A program made the position numbers and the translations under genes. The notes below the pieces were generated by a model that had not been told where the DNA came from, made no database searches, and saw only the letters and a program-made list of their open reading frames with translations. Shown here piece by piece: positions 13,427 to 26,888 of a DNA stretch of 64,000 nucleotides (position 1 is the stretch's first letter; each line of letters starts with the position of its first letter). The DNA lies in contig NC_135822.1 of assembly GCF_964213995.1 (NCBI RefSeq), positions 65,224,001-65,288,000 on the forward strand, given 5' to 3'. The DNA is from Mustelus asterias (taxonomy: Eukaryota).

Positions 13427-14632
13427 CTGATATCAGGTATGAATTGCACCAGGACACATAGTTACACCACAGAAAATTTGTTCATATAAGTTTATTTTCT
13501 GACTCTTTTTTGAGGCTTACATTGTTTCAGCACTTCACAATGGCACTATATCCCAAAGTGCCTCACAGCCAATTTACGCACAGGTAGATCCCACAAACAG
13601 TAATAATGGTTGTTACTATGTGGCTAGAGACCAGTAACGTTTTGTTTCAAGTAGATGAAATTTACTTACTAAGAGAATAAAGCCACAAGATTCCATGGTT
13701 TCAAATGAACAGCAGAAGCTTTATGATACAAGAGTCAACAAAGCAAAAAGTCACTATTCTACCTTATACTCCAACATCCAGAATTTACATGATGTAAACA
13801 TGAATCAACAGGCAATCTGGTCAAACCCAAAGCACAAACTACACACCAGAGATGGCAATCACGATCAAGACAGTTCCTACAAAGTTCTCAGCAACCAAAC
13901 TAGATGTCAGTGATCACTGTGAGTCACAAAAAAATATTTAAACCCTATCTTCCTCACAAGGAATTTCAGCTAATCTCTTTCAAAGAAATAGCCACTGATT
14001 TCTTAACAGCAGCTCCAACTCAGCCTGGAAGCACTCTTACTTATTCTACCTGCAATGAACTGTCAAGCAATTGTATTCCAGCTCAGATTGCCCCAATGAC
14101 TGCTTGCTGCCCAGCCGTACAGTCACTTTGTCTGAAACTGTGTCCCATGGTATTTGCCAGGCTGCACTGTGGAGTCTATACTCAGGCACAATTCCAGCTC
14201 CTCAGGTGCGCTGCTGCCAGTGACTGCTCTGGGGTTCTTTGATCCCCAACTGCCAGCTTCACTGAACACCTATTGCCCTGGACTATTCAAGTGCTCCAGC
14301 TGCACAATGCTAACCCTATTCCTCTGCTCCTGATGAACTGTCACAGGGGCTCATTTTGCACCTAAACCCCCAGTCACCTGAGCAAGTTTTACATAAAGTC
14401 ATGCATTTGTTTTGCATCCTTCTGAGAGAGCACACAGGACTCAGTTTAACATCCTATCCAAAAATGAAACAGCAGTTCCTGCAGTGCAGACCACGTTTCA
14501 TGGTCAGGTTTTCATACTATCTCCCATTCAGGTGCATTGCTGCTTCAAGACATATGGCTACAATTTAAAGATACCAGTTTGCTCACAGTGTCCAACCAAG
14601 TGCCACAGACACCAGTGAAAGTGCTGTCAACT

Positions 14633-15286
14633 TGTGATGATACTGTGTCTTTAATAAATGTATTTTTCTCATATTTCTTGTAAAGGATATGTTTAAAAAT
14701 TAGCTCTCTTTTACATGGTGTCGATTTGTCTGCATGAGGCAGCTCATATGCTGAGAATACTAGCTAATGATTGATTTTAACTTAGGTGTATTTGTTTTAA
14801 TCTGCGCGAATGCATTTTTGTTTATTTTGGTTTTTTCCTTGGGGTTTCAGAAGGGTTTTGATTAGGTTGATTGATGGAGGCAGAGACATGTGATTGGGCG
14901 GAGCTAAGCTTACAGGGAAAACACAAAGTTCTCTTTTATTTTTCAACAGTCAGATTCTGCCTGGTCCTGAAAGAAGCAAGAGGTCTCTCTCTCTCTCTCT
15001 CTCTTTCTCTCTGTAGAGGCTGCTGTTTGGGACTGTCAGAAGGCAGGTGTCTCTCTCTCTCACACACACACACACACACTCCAGAGGTGTTCAAAGGGTC
15101 TAGGATTGTTAACAAGTACAAGCACATGAGTCTGTGGGTTGCTCACTATTTGAAGAGGAGTTTAAGTATATAAGAGGAATATTACCTGAATTGGAACTAA
15201 TAGAGACAGGGTTAGCAGTTAAGAATTGTATCTTGTTATGTTTAAGTATTTCAATTGGTTAAAATTAAGATAATTCATTTGTTACA
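14633..15286. mobile_element. Probable LTR-like remnant with internal (CT)n/(CA)n tracts
   Basis: Starts TGTGATG, ends ...TTACA, AT-rich with a GC box (gggcggagc); no internal ORF and no clear TSD. Confidence 0.35.
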
Positions 15287-15312
15287 GCACAACCCAGTGT
15301 GGCAGGCAGCAG

Positions 15313-15888
15313 TAATATAAACAGAAAATGCTGAAAAAGCTCAGCAGGTCTGGCAGCATATGTGGAGAGAGAAACAGAGTTAACATTTCAAGTCTGCATG
15401 ACTCTTCTTCAGAGCCAAAGAGAGGGAGGAATGTGATGGATTTGATATTGTTTTAGAGGGAGTGGAGCAAGTGGAGCAAAATAGGTCAGTGATAGGTGTG
15501 AGACATTGCTGGGAGACATTGCACAAAGGTGTCTCCCAGCAATCCAAGACAAAGGAAGTGTTAATGGCAGTGTTAAAGACTATATGTAGATGGTGCTAAT
15601 AGTGGCAGAAAGGTAAGATAGCAGAACGTGTTAATAGGAAAACAAAGATCAATGCTCAGTGAAAGCAAAACGTAAGAACAAGTGGCAGATGGCCCTGTGG
15701 GGTGGGGTGGGGGTGAGTGGTGGGGCAGCGGTTAAATTGGGACAAAAAGAAGCTGGAGGAGAAAGTTTACAGTCTAAAGTTGTTGAACTCAATGATGACT
15801 CCAAAAGGTTGTAATGTGCTGAATCAAAAGATGTGTTCCTCATCCTCGTTTTTTCAGATTTCCAGCATCCACAGTATTTTGCTTTTAT
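15313..15888 (-). mobile_element. Older Penelope-like insertion (family C-related): inverted 3' segment plus direct tail
   Basis: aaaacagaaaatgctgaaaaagctcagcaggtctggcagcat... matches the 13231 arm; minus-strand CTGAAGA-agagtcatgcagactt-GAAATGTT motif; plus-strand tail cagatttccagcatccacagtattttgcttttat at ~15855-15888. Confidence 0.65.
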
Positions 15889-15899
15889 TATGGCAGACA

Positions 15900-16230
15900 T
15901 CAGTGACTGATTTTCTCATGTAATGACCAGATCATCTGTTTTTTTTCAATGATGTTGGGTTGAAGGATAACTATTAACCAGTACACCATTGATTATTCCC
16001 TCAGTGTTCAAAATAATGTCATGCAATCTTATTTACATTCTCCTGAGAGAGCACACAGGATTCAGTTTAACAGCTTATCCAAAAAATAAACAGCAGTTCC
16101 CACAGTGCAGCATTCATTGCTGCTATGAAATGACAACCTAAATTTGTGCTCAAGTCTCCAGAGTAGGACAAACTTGCATTTTCTGAATCAGAAGCATAGA
16201 ATGCTACCCACTGAGCCACAGCTGACACTA
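15900..16230 (-). mobile_element. Deu-domain SINE (SacSINE1/AmnSINE-like), degraded
   Basis: taatgaccagatcatctg...gagagagcacacagg...ctacccactgagcca (reverse complement of a tRNA-like head); similar to 54020-54460. Confidence 0.6.
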
Positions 16231-16899
16231 GAGTGTTTATAGACCTCAGTGCTTATATGTGCAAAATTGGAACTCACCAGGTTTATTAGATTGCCAAATG
16301 TACTCATTCTCTAACTGTCTTTGTCCCTCCCCTGTGAAAAGCAGTTGGCCGAGGTCACGAACTCTGCGTCTGGGGCAGCAAATTCTTTCCTGCCCAATGC
16401 ATGTTCTTTTAGTCCCAATACCAATATAATCCAAACCTGACGAAAACACTGTTCTGTCTCTTGTCAAAATACACACTTTGGATTATTATTCAGTTGCTTT
16501 GGGGCAAATGAGAATTTACAAGTTGATTTTAGTTACTTGCATGTGTCTGATTGCTGTGCAAGTTCGAATTTGCAATTCCAAATGGAATTAAGAGATTTGA
16601 CTGGTAAAAACTGGTTGAAAAATGAAAATAGGAGCCTCAAAAAATATGAGGTGGAGTGCTCACTCACAGAATGTCTCATGTCATCCTATTTTTATCTGGG
16701 GTTCATAACCTGTCAATGTTGACTGTCTATGGGGGGAGAATGTGCAATGGGAAAGGTGCTGGAGACTCTTCATACCCGTGGAACTAAACCCAGCAAGACT
16801 CAGTGCTTCCAAGGAAGGAGAAGGGAAAGGCAGAACAAATTATAAACGACACAAGCAGAAGTGAAGTGCAAGCAAAGAAAAACAGCCATTGTTCTCTGG

Positions 16900-17060
16900 T
16901 CATGTTCACATTACTGTTTGTGAGATCTTGCAGTGCACAAATTGGCTGCCATGTTTCCCACATTACAACAGTGAGCAGATTTCAAAAAGCACTTCAATGG
17001 CTGTAAAATGCATTGGGACACCCTGGGATTGTGAAAAGCACTTCCGAAATACAAGTCAAG
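16900..17060 (+). mobile_element. Deu-domain SINE 3' part
   Basis: ctgtttgtgagatcttgcagtgcacaaattggctgcc...cattacaacagtga matches 55450-55588. Confidence 0.65.
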
Positions 17061-18518
17061 ATGACTCAACGCTTCATAAATGAAGGAATGATGAGAGACC
17101 TCTTGTATGATAATAATCACTTCAACATATTGTTTTTTGTAGAATCTTAAACCTTTATTCATGCTTCCCACAGAAGTTTCCTTTCCTTATAACAAGTACA
17201 CTTCCGACAAACTTAATCATGATGCTTTGCACAACATATCATCAGGGAATAATGAACTCTTGAACTAGTAGTTCTGGAACTCTGCAAACTGGTGGAAAAC
17301 ACCACATTACAAATCATGTGTCACACACTAAAGATTGCAAACTGAATTTTATTAATAAGCTAAATTCCACAGAAAACTGAATCAGCATCTGTTCCAAAGC
17401 AAAATGGGTTGTTCTCTTCAGAACTCTACTCTGAAGCCTGGTGAAAATCTTTGGGTAAAGAATAAACCTCACCCTGTTCCTGCCATCCCAGATTTTGAAG
17501 ATTGGTACAGTAAAATCAGCAACTGCAAAATGTTTCTCCATTCATTGATTTTCAATGGGACAATGAAAGATTGAAAAACTTAATGAATGGGCAACCGTCC
17601 CATTTCAGAATATTCCCCGCCAGAACATACTGAGAGAAACATAAACTTAGACCTGAGCACTCTCAATAATCAAACAGGATTTGACTTAAATTTGACTTCT
17701 GCCCCCTTCTATTGCCCCCATCTTTCTTGATGGGACAAGCAATCCAGGTGATTGCTCTGATCCTTCTTGGCACAGCCAAAACAGATGCATTATCTGCTGC
17801 ACTCAAGATACAAAACAAACCCCTTGACAATGAACAAATGGAAACATCAAAAAACATACAAATTGTTATTCTAAGTACCAAATACACATAAAAATATCAG
17901 GTTGATAGAAGCTTCTTTAGCATTTAAACCCCAAGCTGTCATGTAAATAATACTCTTATTGATGATTATTTTCTGTGGGCTCCAGTTTGGACTGAAGATT
18001 TGTTGTATCAGTAGGGTGAATATGGGGCTGAGTACAGTTATTGCCTTAACAGTGATGTAAGAGAACACATGAGCTGCACCAAGGGTCAGTTGAGTGTTGG
18101 GCAAAGCTGTGTCCACCAGCAAGTATGGAGACAGTCCCTAGCTTGTACCCTTTACTCTACAGTCACTCTCCAAGTCAGTAAAGGCTTACAGTGAACTTAT
18201 ATGTGACTACATAGATTTCTTCAGACCGACAGAACTGTAACCAACACACAATAACTTACGTTATGCTGGAAAACCCAAGGCTAGAATTTTACACTTCCCA
18301 CCTCCTCCTCCAACCATCCCCCAACGAGTTCTGAGGCAGGGGAAGTGTAAAATAGCAAGAGTGGAATTCCCTCCTTTTTCCCACCCAACCCAACCTGGTC
18401 GCTGGAGCAGGCAGGAAGCCTGCCCTTGCCCCACTTAAGGCACTTAAGTGGCCACTTAATGGGCACTGAAGGGCTATCTCCTGCCCAGCCTCAATTTTCA
18501 GGCTGATGGGCAGATGAT

Positions 18519-20327
18519 GTGGCAAGAGTGAAAGTTGGACCCTTGGAGGACGAGACGGGGGATTTAATAGTGGGAAATGAGGAAATGGCTGAAACTTTAA
18601 ATAAGTTTTTTGTGTCGGTCTTCACGGTGGAAGACACAAATAGTTTACCGAATATTAACGATAGAGGGTTGGTAGGAGGAGAGGTACTCAATACAATTAA
18701 TGTTACCAAGGAGGCAGTGCTTGGTAGACTAATGGGACTGAAGGTGGACAAGTCCCCGGGCCCAGATGGAATGCATCCCAGGGTACTGAAAGAAATGTCA
18801 GAGGTAATAGCGGAAGCGTTAGTGGTTATTTATCAAAATTCGTTGGATTCTGGGGTAATGCCGGCAGATTGGAAAATGGCTAATGTTTAAAAAAGGAAAT
18901 AAGACAAAAGGCGGGTAACTACAGGCCGGTTAGCTTAACGTCTGTAGTTGGGAAAATGCTGGAATCCATCATTCAAGAAGAAATAGCAGGCCATCTGGAT
19001 AAGAATGGTTCGATTAATCAGCAGCATGGATTCATGAGGGGAAAGTCGTGCTTGACGAACTTGTTGGAGTTTTATGAAGATGTGACTAGTGCGGTTGACG
19101 GAGGGGAACCGGTGGATGCGGTGTTTTTGGATTTCCAAAAGACGTTTGATAAGGTGCCTCACAAAAGGTTGCTGAAGAAGATTGGGTCACACGGAGTTGG
19201 GGGTAGGGTGTTAGCGTGGATTGGGGATTGGCTATCCGACAGGAAGCAGAGAGTCGGAATAAATGGGTGCTTTTCTGGTTGGCAGATGGTAACTAGTGGC
19301 GTGCCACAGGGATCGGAACTGGGGCCTCAACTATTTACCATTTATATAGACGATCTGGAGGAGGGGACTGAGTGTAGGGTAACTAAGTTTGCAGACAACA
19401 CAAAGATAAGTGGAAAAGTGAATCGTGTGGAGGGCGTAGAAGGTTTACAGAGAGATTTGGACAGGCTGAGTGAGTGGGCGAGGATCTGGCAGATGGAGTA
19501 TAACGTTGACAAATGCGAGGTTATTCACTTTGGAGGAAATAATAGCAAATTGGATTATTATCTAAATGGAAAAAATTACAACATGCTACTGTGCAAAGGG
19601 ACCTGGGGGTCCTTGTGCATGAGACGCAAAAACCCAGTCTGCAGGTGCAACAGGTGACAAAGAAGACAAATGGGATGTTGGCCTATATCGCAAGGGGGAT
19701 AGAATATAAAAGCAGAGATGTCTTGCTGCATCTGTACAGGGCATTGGTGAGGCTGCAGCTGGAATACTGTGTGCAGTATTGGTCCCCTTATTTGCGGAAG
19801 GATGTATTGGCCTTGGAGGGAGTGCAGAGAATGTTCACCAGGTTGATACGAGAGATGAGGGGTGTTGATTATGAGGAGTGACTGAGCAGATTGGGTTTGT
19901 GCTCGTTGGAATTTAGAAGGCTGAGGGAGGATCTTATAGAGACCTATAAGATAATGAAGGGGCTGGATAGGGTAGAGGTGGAGAGATTCTTTCCACTTAG
20001 AAAGGAACCTAGAACTAGAGGGCACAGCCTCAAAATAAAGGGGGGTCGGTTTAGGACAGAGTTGAGGAGGAACTTCTTCTCTCAGAGGGTGGTGAATCTC
20101 TGGAATTTTCTGCCCACTGAAGTGGTGGAGGCTACCTCGTTGAATATGTTTAAATCACGGATAGATGGATTCCTGATCGGTAAGGGAATTAGGGGTTATA
20201 GGGATCAGGCGGGTAAGTGGAACTGATCCACTTCAGATCAGCCATGATCTTATTGAATGGTGGGGCAGGCTCGAGGGGCTAGATGGCCTACTCCTGCTCC
20301 TATTTCTTATGTTCTTATGTTCTTATG
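18519..20327 (+). mobile_element. CR1 LINE, 5'-truncated, disrupted ORF2 (RT)
   Basis: KSPGPDG, YRPVSLTS, QHGF, DFQKTFD, SGVPQGS, FADN motifs with frameshifts and stops; (ttcttatg)n tail. Confidence 0.95.
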
Positions 20328-21537
20328 ATAAATGGTGATGGAAAGCCAAAATTGAACTAAGTTCTATTGTCAGTGGGATTGATGGTGTCCTCCCCCTTCT
20401 GGTCTAATGTCCAGTGACCTGTAGACTTCCCTCACCATTCCATCCCTCCCCCATCCAAGCTATGCCCTGAGACACCAACTGTCCTCTTGTGACCCGTTAG
20501 GCCTTCCCTACAGCACCTATACCCCGCCACTCGCATTTGCATCATTTCTTGGCACTTACTTCCAGACAGTTAGCTGCAGTGCCTCTTCTGGCCACTGCAC
20601 CACTGTTCTTGGAATAATTAAAGGGCTGCCAACCAATCTGAATGACCAGCTGTTCTTCCTGGTGACAGGCACAAGTCCCACCTTTTGCCAATCAATGCAT
20701 GCCACAGCATGAAATGGCATTGGAGCTACTGGCCGAGTCCCAGCCATCCTGAGAATTCTGACCCCAAAACCTCACAGAAAATGGCAAAAGAAAGTAAAAA
20801 GCTTGAAGAATAAATACAAGAAAACAATCTGACATGAAAATAAATTCCAGAAGCACAGGTGCAGAGGAAAGATCACCAAGAAAAAGCTCCAAAGAAAGTC
20901 ATGGAAGCTGAAGGCAGAGGTTTAAGATTCCTTGCTGTAGCATAAGTCTTCATTGCATTTTGGAAGTTCAGCTTCAAATCCCAGAGCACAGGGTCAGCAG
21001 ACTGGGTACAGGTGAGCTAAATCTTTTCAGGTTCCAGACTACAGAAAGTCCCAAGAAATCTTTAAAATTTTCAGAATCAGAAATGCAATTTGAATAAAGT
21101 CATTCCTAAAAATCCAATCCTGGAGGCGGTGCTTTAGCTCACTCTGAAAGAAAAATAATTAATTGAATACTCCCAGAGAATTGCGACTTTTAAAATCCAG
21201 CTAAAGCACAAGCCAGAATTTGACAAATCTGTGACTTTGAACACAAACACTGACGAAAAGAACTCTGCGGCAGCCATTCCAGCCAGCCCCATTGTTAAAA
21301 ATCTTTTCAAGCTGAGTGTAATTACCATTATAGCAAAACTCACCAAGGCAAGCAGGCATGGAAAAGTTTGGTGTCCTTGAGAAAATCAGTTCTACACTAC
21401 CAGAGTACATCAAGTCGAAGGAGAAAATAAGAAAAAGTCCAGATGAATACCTTTTGATTCTAGTCTGGTGAACTTGTAGATGAAGACATCATAATGCAAA
21501 GCTTCAATGAAATATCAAAAGCTTTTGACAAATATTT

Positions 21538-22906
21538 TAGAAACATAGAAACATAGAAAAACTACAGCACAAACAGGCCCTTTGGCCCCACAAGTTGTGC
21601 CGAACATATCCCTACCTTCTAGGCCTACCTATAACCCTCCAAACTATTAAGTCCCATGCACTCATCCAGGAGTCTCTTAAAAGTCCCTATTGAGTTTGCC
21701 TCCACCACCACTGACGGCAGCCGATTCCACTCGCCCACCACCCTCTGTGTGAAAAACTTCCCCCTAACATTTCCCCTGTACCTACCCCCCAGCACCTTAA
21801 ACCTGTGTCTTCTCGTAGCAGCCATTTCCACCCTGGGAAAAAACCTCTGAGAGTCCACCCGATCTATGCCTCTCAACATCTTATATACCTCTATTAGGTC
21901 TCCTCTCATCCTACGTCTCTCCAAGGAGAAAAGACCGAGCTCCCTCAGCCTATCCTCATAAGGCATGCCACTCAATCCAGGCAACATCCTTGTAAATCTC
22001 CTCTGCACCCTTTCAATCTTTTCCACATCCTTCCTGTAATGAGGTGACCAGAACTGAGCACAGTACTCCAAGTGGGGTCTGACGAGGGTCTTATATAGCT
22101 GCATCATTATCTCCGGACTCCTAAACTCAATCCCTTGATTGATAAAGGCCAGCACACCATATGCCTTCTTAACCACCTCCTCCACCTGCGGGGCCAATTT
22201 TGGAGTCCTATGGACCCGGACCCCAAGGTCCTTCTGATCCTCTGCAGTACTCCTTCATCCCATTTGACCTGCCAAAATGGACCACTACGCATTTATCTGG
22301 GTTGAAGTCCATCTGCCACTTGTCCGCCCAGTCTTGCATCCTATCTATGTCCCTCTGTAACTTCTGACATCCCTCCAGACTATCCACAACCCCACCAACC
22401 TTCGTGTCATTGGCAAACTTACCAACCCATCCCTCCACTTCCTCATCCAGGTCATTTATGAAAATGACAAATAGCAAGGGTCCCAGAACAGATCCCTGGG
22501 GCACACCACTGGTGACTGACCTCCATTTAGAAAAAGACCCATCTATACACACTCTCTGCCTCCTCCTTTGGGCAAGCCAGTTCTGGATCCACCGGGCAGC
22601 AGCACCTTGGATCCCATGCCCTCTCGCTTTTTCTCGAAGCCTTGCATGTGGGACCTTATCGAACGCCTTGCTAAAATCCATATAAACCACATCTACCGTT
22701 TTCCCTTCGTCAATGTGTTTAGTCACATTTTCGAAGAACTCCACCAGGCTCGTAAGGCACAATCTGCCTTTGACAAAGCCGTGCTGAGTATTCTTGAGCA
22801 TACTAAACCTCTCTAAATGCTCATAAATCCTGTCCCTCAGGATCTTCTCCATCAGCTTACCAACCACTGAGGTTAGACTCACCGGTCGTTAATTTCCTGG
22901 GCTATC
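21538..22906 (-). mobile_element. CR1 LINE, 5'-truncated
   Basis: ORFs 22208-22882 and 21625-22197 carry RT and C-terminal CR1 motifs (RPHLEYC, RGDLIE); (ctatgttt)n tail at the left end; small internal deletion near 22245. Confidence 0.95.
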
Positions 22907-24137
22907 TTCTTAAATTTGTGGAACAGAGAGCTTAAAAGAGTGATAGAAATCCCTCAGTAAAATTATGAAAGAGAAAAAGACATTACCCAAGCAAAACACA
23001 TGAGGGCGCCAGAGAGGCAAATAACTAAAAAGTCTTGAAAATGTGGCTGCGATTCTCCCCAGTTGGGACGCTTCTCCCACATGATAAATGCTAATTTATT
23101 CATGTTGGATAAATCGTTGGCCAGCTCCACTATACCGAGACTGGGCCACCTTTTTTAAAGGGCAACCTGGTCTCCATGCTTGTTTACCGCACTCCTGCAA
23201 AGAAAAATGGCGTCCCAAGCTGACCAGGGGAGTACCACCAACCCTTGACCAAAGAGGGGCATCCCCCGCCACCCCCCCCCCCACTCCACGCAGACATGAG
23301 GGTGACCTGACCTGAACCCCCTCACTCAGCCTCCCCTTCCCACTCAGACTCCCCATTCAGCCCCCCTTCCCCCTCAGATAACCCATTCAGGCCCCCTCCC
23401 CACTTAAACCTCCCACTCAGACTCCTTCCCCCTCAGGCTCCCCATTCAGCCCCCCAGACTCCTGCAGCCTTCCTTCAGGCCAAACATCTTGGCAGTGCCA
23501 ACAGTGCACTGCCCCCACACTGTGGTATTGACACCCAGGCCTGGCGCATTGGGCCCTGAGGAGGCTTGAGAAGATAGGTCCAGTGGCCATTTGCCCCTCT
23601 GCTGCTGCCAGGCTGCAGAGGAAGGGCCCCTCAAGGGTTCTGGCTAGGCTCAGGCTTGAGGAAAAGGTTTGACCTCGCCATTCTCTGCCAGGATGGGGTT
23701 GTCGTGGCTCCCCTGCCCCTTCTCGCCCTGGCAAACCTGTAGATCACCCCAGGCATGGTGATTTCAGGCAGCCCTAAGATCAATTTCTGCACTCCTGCCT
23801 GTCACCTGTGGAAATTCTGAAGTGGCCAAGTGACTTTAACCTCCTTGCCCCCAGATCACCTGGCAGGAATTTAAATCATTGCAGCACTCCATTCTCCTTT
23901 CTCCCTGTCAGAAGCTGCAAGTGAGATCAGACCACTTGAAGTCCTCTGACAAACTGGAGATGTCAATCGCACCTGGGGCAGGGGAGGAGGGGGGTGGGCA
24001 GTTTCCAGTCAGCCCAGCTGTGCATTCAGCCCCAATGTATGTACACAGCTTCGATTTGATATTGCTGTAACTTCCCAGCAAACTGAAATAATTGAAACCC
24101 TCCTCCATTGCACTTGAAGCCTTTGATCTGTAACAAG

Positions 24138-24432
24138 TCATAGAGTCATAGACATCTATAGCATGGAAACAGGCCTTTGGCCCAACTTGTCGATGCTGCC
24201 CTTTTTTAACCACTAATTTAGTCCCAATTGCCTGCGTTAGACCCATATCCCTCGATACCCATCTTACCCATGTAACTGTCTAAATTCTTTTTAAAAGACC
24301 AATTGTACCCGCCTCTACGACGACCTCTGGCAGTTTGTTCCAGACACCACCCTCTGCGTGAAATAATTGCCCCTCTGGACACTTTTGTCTCTCCCCCTCA
24401 CCTTAAACCTATGCCCTCGAGTTTTAGACTCA
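24138..24432 (-). mobile_element. CR1 3' fragment
   Basis: Same subfamily as 32666-33370 (catggaaacaggcc...cccatcttacccatgtaactg). Confidence 0.8.
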
Positions 24433-24992
24433 ATGTGCAGTGCCTCATCAAAGATTTAGCTGTCAGATCAAGGGAATTCTATCATCATCCAGCCACCTAT
24501 ATTTGTTTTGGTTTTCCTTTGCGGTTGACTGCACCCCAAGTACCCCTGATTGCAGTGTAAACTTGTGAGGACTTGCACCAAAACCCGTTCGATGCAGATT
24601 GCGCTGGAGAGGCAGGTGAATAGCGAGGGCCATTTGACATGGGCTGCAAGCCCGCTAATTATATTTAAATCTGAGTTTTTTAATGCACATTGGGTTCCCG
24701 CCTGCTGCAGCCAGAAACCTGGCCTGCAGCATGGCCTCGGACGGTCGCAATGGGTTTGCCACCCGGCGCGAAACCGACTTTCCCATCGACTCCCGATTCT
24801 CCGGGCCGTCACAAATCACAATCGGGGCTAGTGGGGCCGAGAAAATCCACCCCACCCATATTTTTTTAGGCAACCAGCGGCACAGTACCAGAACTGCAAC
24901 AGCAGTGTGGAGCAAACAGCTGAATGTGAATGAAGGAAAGTTATCTGATGAAATCCAAAATTAACAAACCCAAATAAGGTTGGGATTTTAAA

Positions 24993-26390
24993 AAATTCAT
25001 TCATGGGATGTGGGCATCGCTGACTGGGCCAGCATGAATTGGGGGTAGGGTGTTAGCGTGGATTGGGGATTGGCTATCCGACAGGAAGCAGAGAGTCGGA
25101 ATAAATGGGTGCTTTTCTGGTTGGCAGATGGTAACTAGTGGCGTGCCGCACGGATCGGTACTGGGGCCTCAACTATTTACCATTTATATAGATGATCGGG
25201 AGGAGGGGACTGAGTGTAGGGTAACAAAGTTTGCAGACGACACAAAGATAAGTGGAAAAGTGAATCGTGTGGAGGGCGTAGAAGGTCTGCAGAGAGATTT
25301 GGACAGGCTGAGTGAGTGGGCGAGGATCTGGCAGATGGAGTATAACGTTGACAAATGCGAGGTTATTCACTTTGGAAGAAATAATAGCAAATTGGATTAT
25401 TATCTAAATGGAAAGAAATTACGACATGCTACTGTGCAAAGGGACCTGGGGGTCCTTGTGCATGAGACGCAAAAACCCAGTCTGCAGGTGCAACAGGTGA
25501 TCAAGAAGGCAAATGGGATGTTGACCTATATCGCAAGGGGGATAGAATATAAAAGCAGAGATGTCTTGCTGCATCTATACAGGGCATTGGTGAGGCCGCA
25601 GCTGGAATACTGTGTGCAGTATTGGTCCCCTTATTTGCGGAAGGATATATTGGCCTTGGAGGGAGTGCAGAGAAGGTTCACCATGTTGATACGAGAGATG
25701 AGGGGTGTTGATTATGAGGAGAGACTGAGCAGATTGGGTTTGTATTCGTTGGAATTTAGAAGGCTGAGGGGGGATCTTATAGAGACCTATAAGATAATGA
25801 AGGGGCTGGATAGGGTAGAGGTGGAGAGATTCTTTCCACTTAGAAAGGAACCTAGAACTAGAGGGCACAGCCTCAAAATAAAGGGGGGTCGGTTTAGGAC
25901 AGAATTGAGGAGGAACTTCTTCTCTCAGAGGGTGGTGAATCTCTGGAATTCTCTGCCCACTGAAGTGGTGGAGGCTACCTCGTTGAATATGTTTAAATCA
26001 CGGATAGATGGCTTCCTGATTGGTAAGGGAATTAGGGGTGATAGGGATCAGGCGGGTAAGTGGAACTGATCCACTTCAGATCGGCCATGATCTTATTGAA
26101 TGGCGGGGCAGGCTCGAGGGGCTAGATGGCCTACTCCCGCTCCTATTTCTTATGTTCTTATGTTCTTATGAATTGCCCACCCCTAAAGAGCCCTTGAGAA
26201 GGTGGTGATGGGACATCTTCTTGAACCATGGTGCTGTTCGGAAGTGAGTTCCAGAGTTTTGACCCAGCGTCAGTGAAGGAATGGTCAGGATGATGTGTGA
26301 CTTGGAGGGGAACTTGTGAATAGTGGTGTTCCCATGTGTCTTCTGCCCTTGTCCTTCAAGGTGGTCGTGGCTGTGGGTTTGGAAGGTGAC
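24993..26390 (-). mobile_element. Older LINE 3' end split by the 25042 CR1
   Basis: gggatgtgggcatcgctg...ccagcat resumes after the CR1 as tgcccacc...cccttgagaaggtggtg; plus-strand relative at 51260-51430. Confidence 0.6.
25042..26167 (+). mobile_element. Young CR1 LINE, 5'-truncated, open 339-aa ORF2 C-terminus
   Basis: FADD motif; near-identical to 19199-20327; 8-bp TSD ATGAATTG at 25034-25041 and 26168-26175. Confidence 0.95.
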
Positions 26391-26768
26391 CACTGTCTCC
26401 TATTTTATATATTTACATTTTTAATGATGTTTTATAATCCCTGAAGTTAAAGAGATGGACGAAAGGGGGTTAAAAGTTGAGTGATTGTGGAAAAAAGACA
26501 TATTGGAAAATGTTACTGTTGCTTAGCGATAGCAGTCAAATGACAGAGGCATAGACAAAAGGTGGAAAAAAACGTTCAGTGTGTGTCAGAGAGAGAGGAC
26601 AGAAATTTTAAGCCCACTGATAAGCAAGGATACAGGCTTTTGGGGGACCACCTTTGACTGAATAATCAGTTTGAGATCTCAGTGAAGTTATCAGTTTAGC
26701 AGACGTGTGACGACAAGACTGAATTGAGGGAACTTTTGTTTGCTCTGCAGTTGAAGGAACAGTACTTT

Positions 26769-26888
26769 TGGGGTGTGGTTTATGGGGTGTGGTTTATGGG
26801 GTGTGGTTTATGGGGTGTGGTTTATGGGGTGTGGTTTATGGGGTGTTGTTTATGGGGTGTGGTTTATGGGGTGTGGTTTATGGGGTGT
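26769..26888. repeat. 14-bp minisatellite (TATGGGGTGTGGTT)~8.5
   Basis: Direct tandem copies, one variant unit (ggggtgttgttt). Confidence 0.95.

Noticed and set aside
20760-21530. A-rich, coding-looking stretch (also 17050-17900)
   Set aside because: Many stops and no motif I could identify; possibly decayed transposon sequence, needs tBLASTx.
23045-24850. GC-rich segments resembling CpG islands or MITE remnants
   Set aside because: No associated exon, and no terminal inverted repeats or TSDs that I could delimit reliably.
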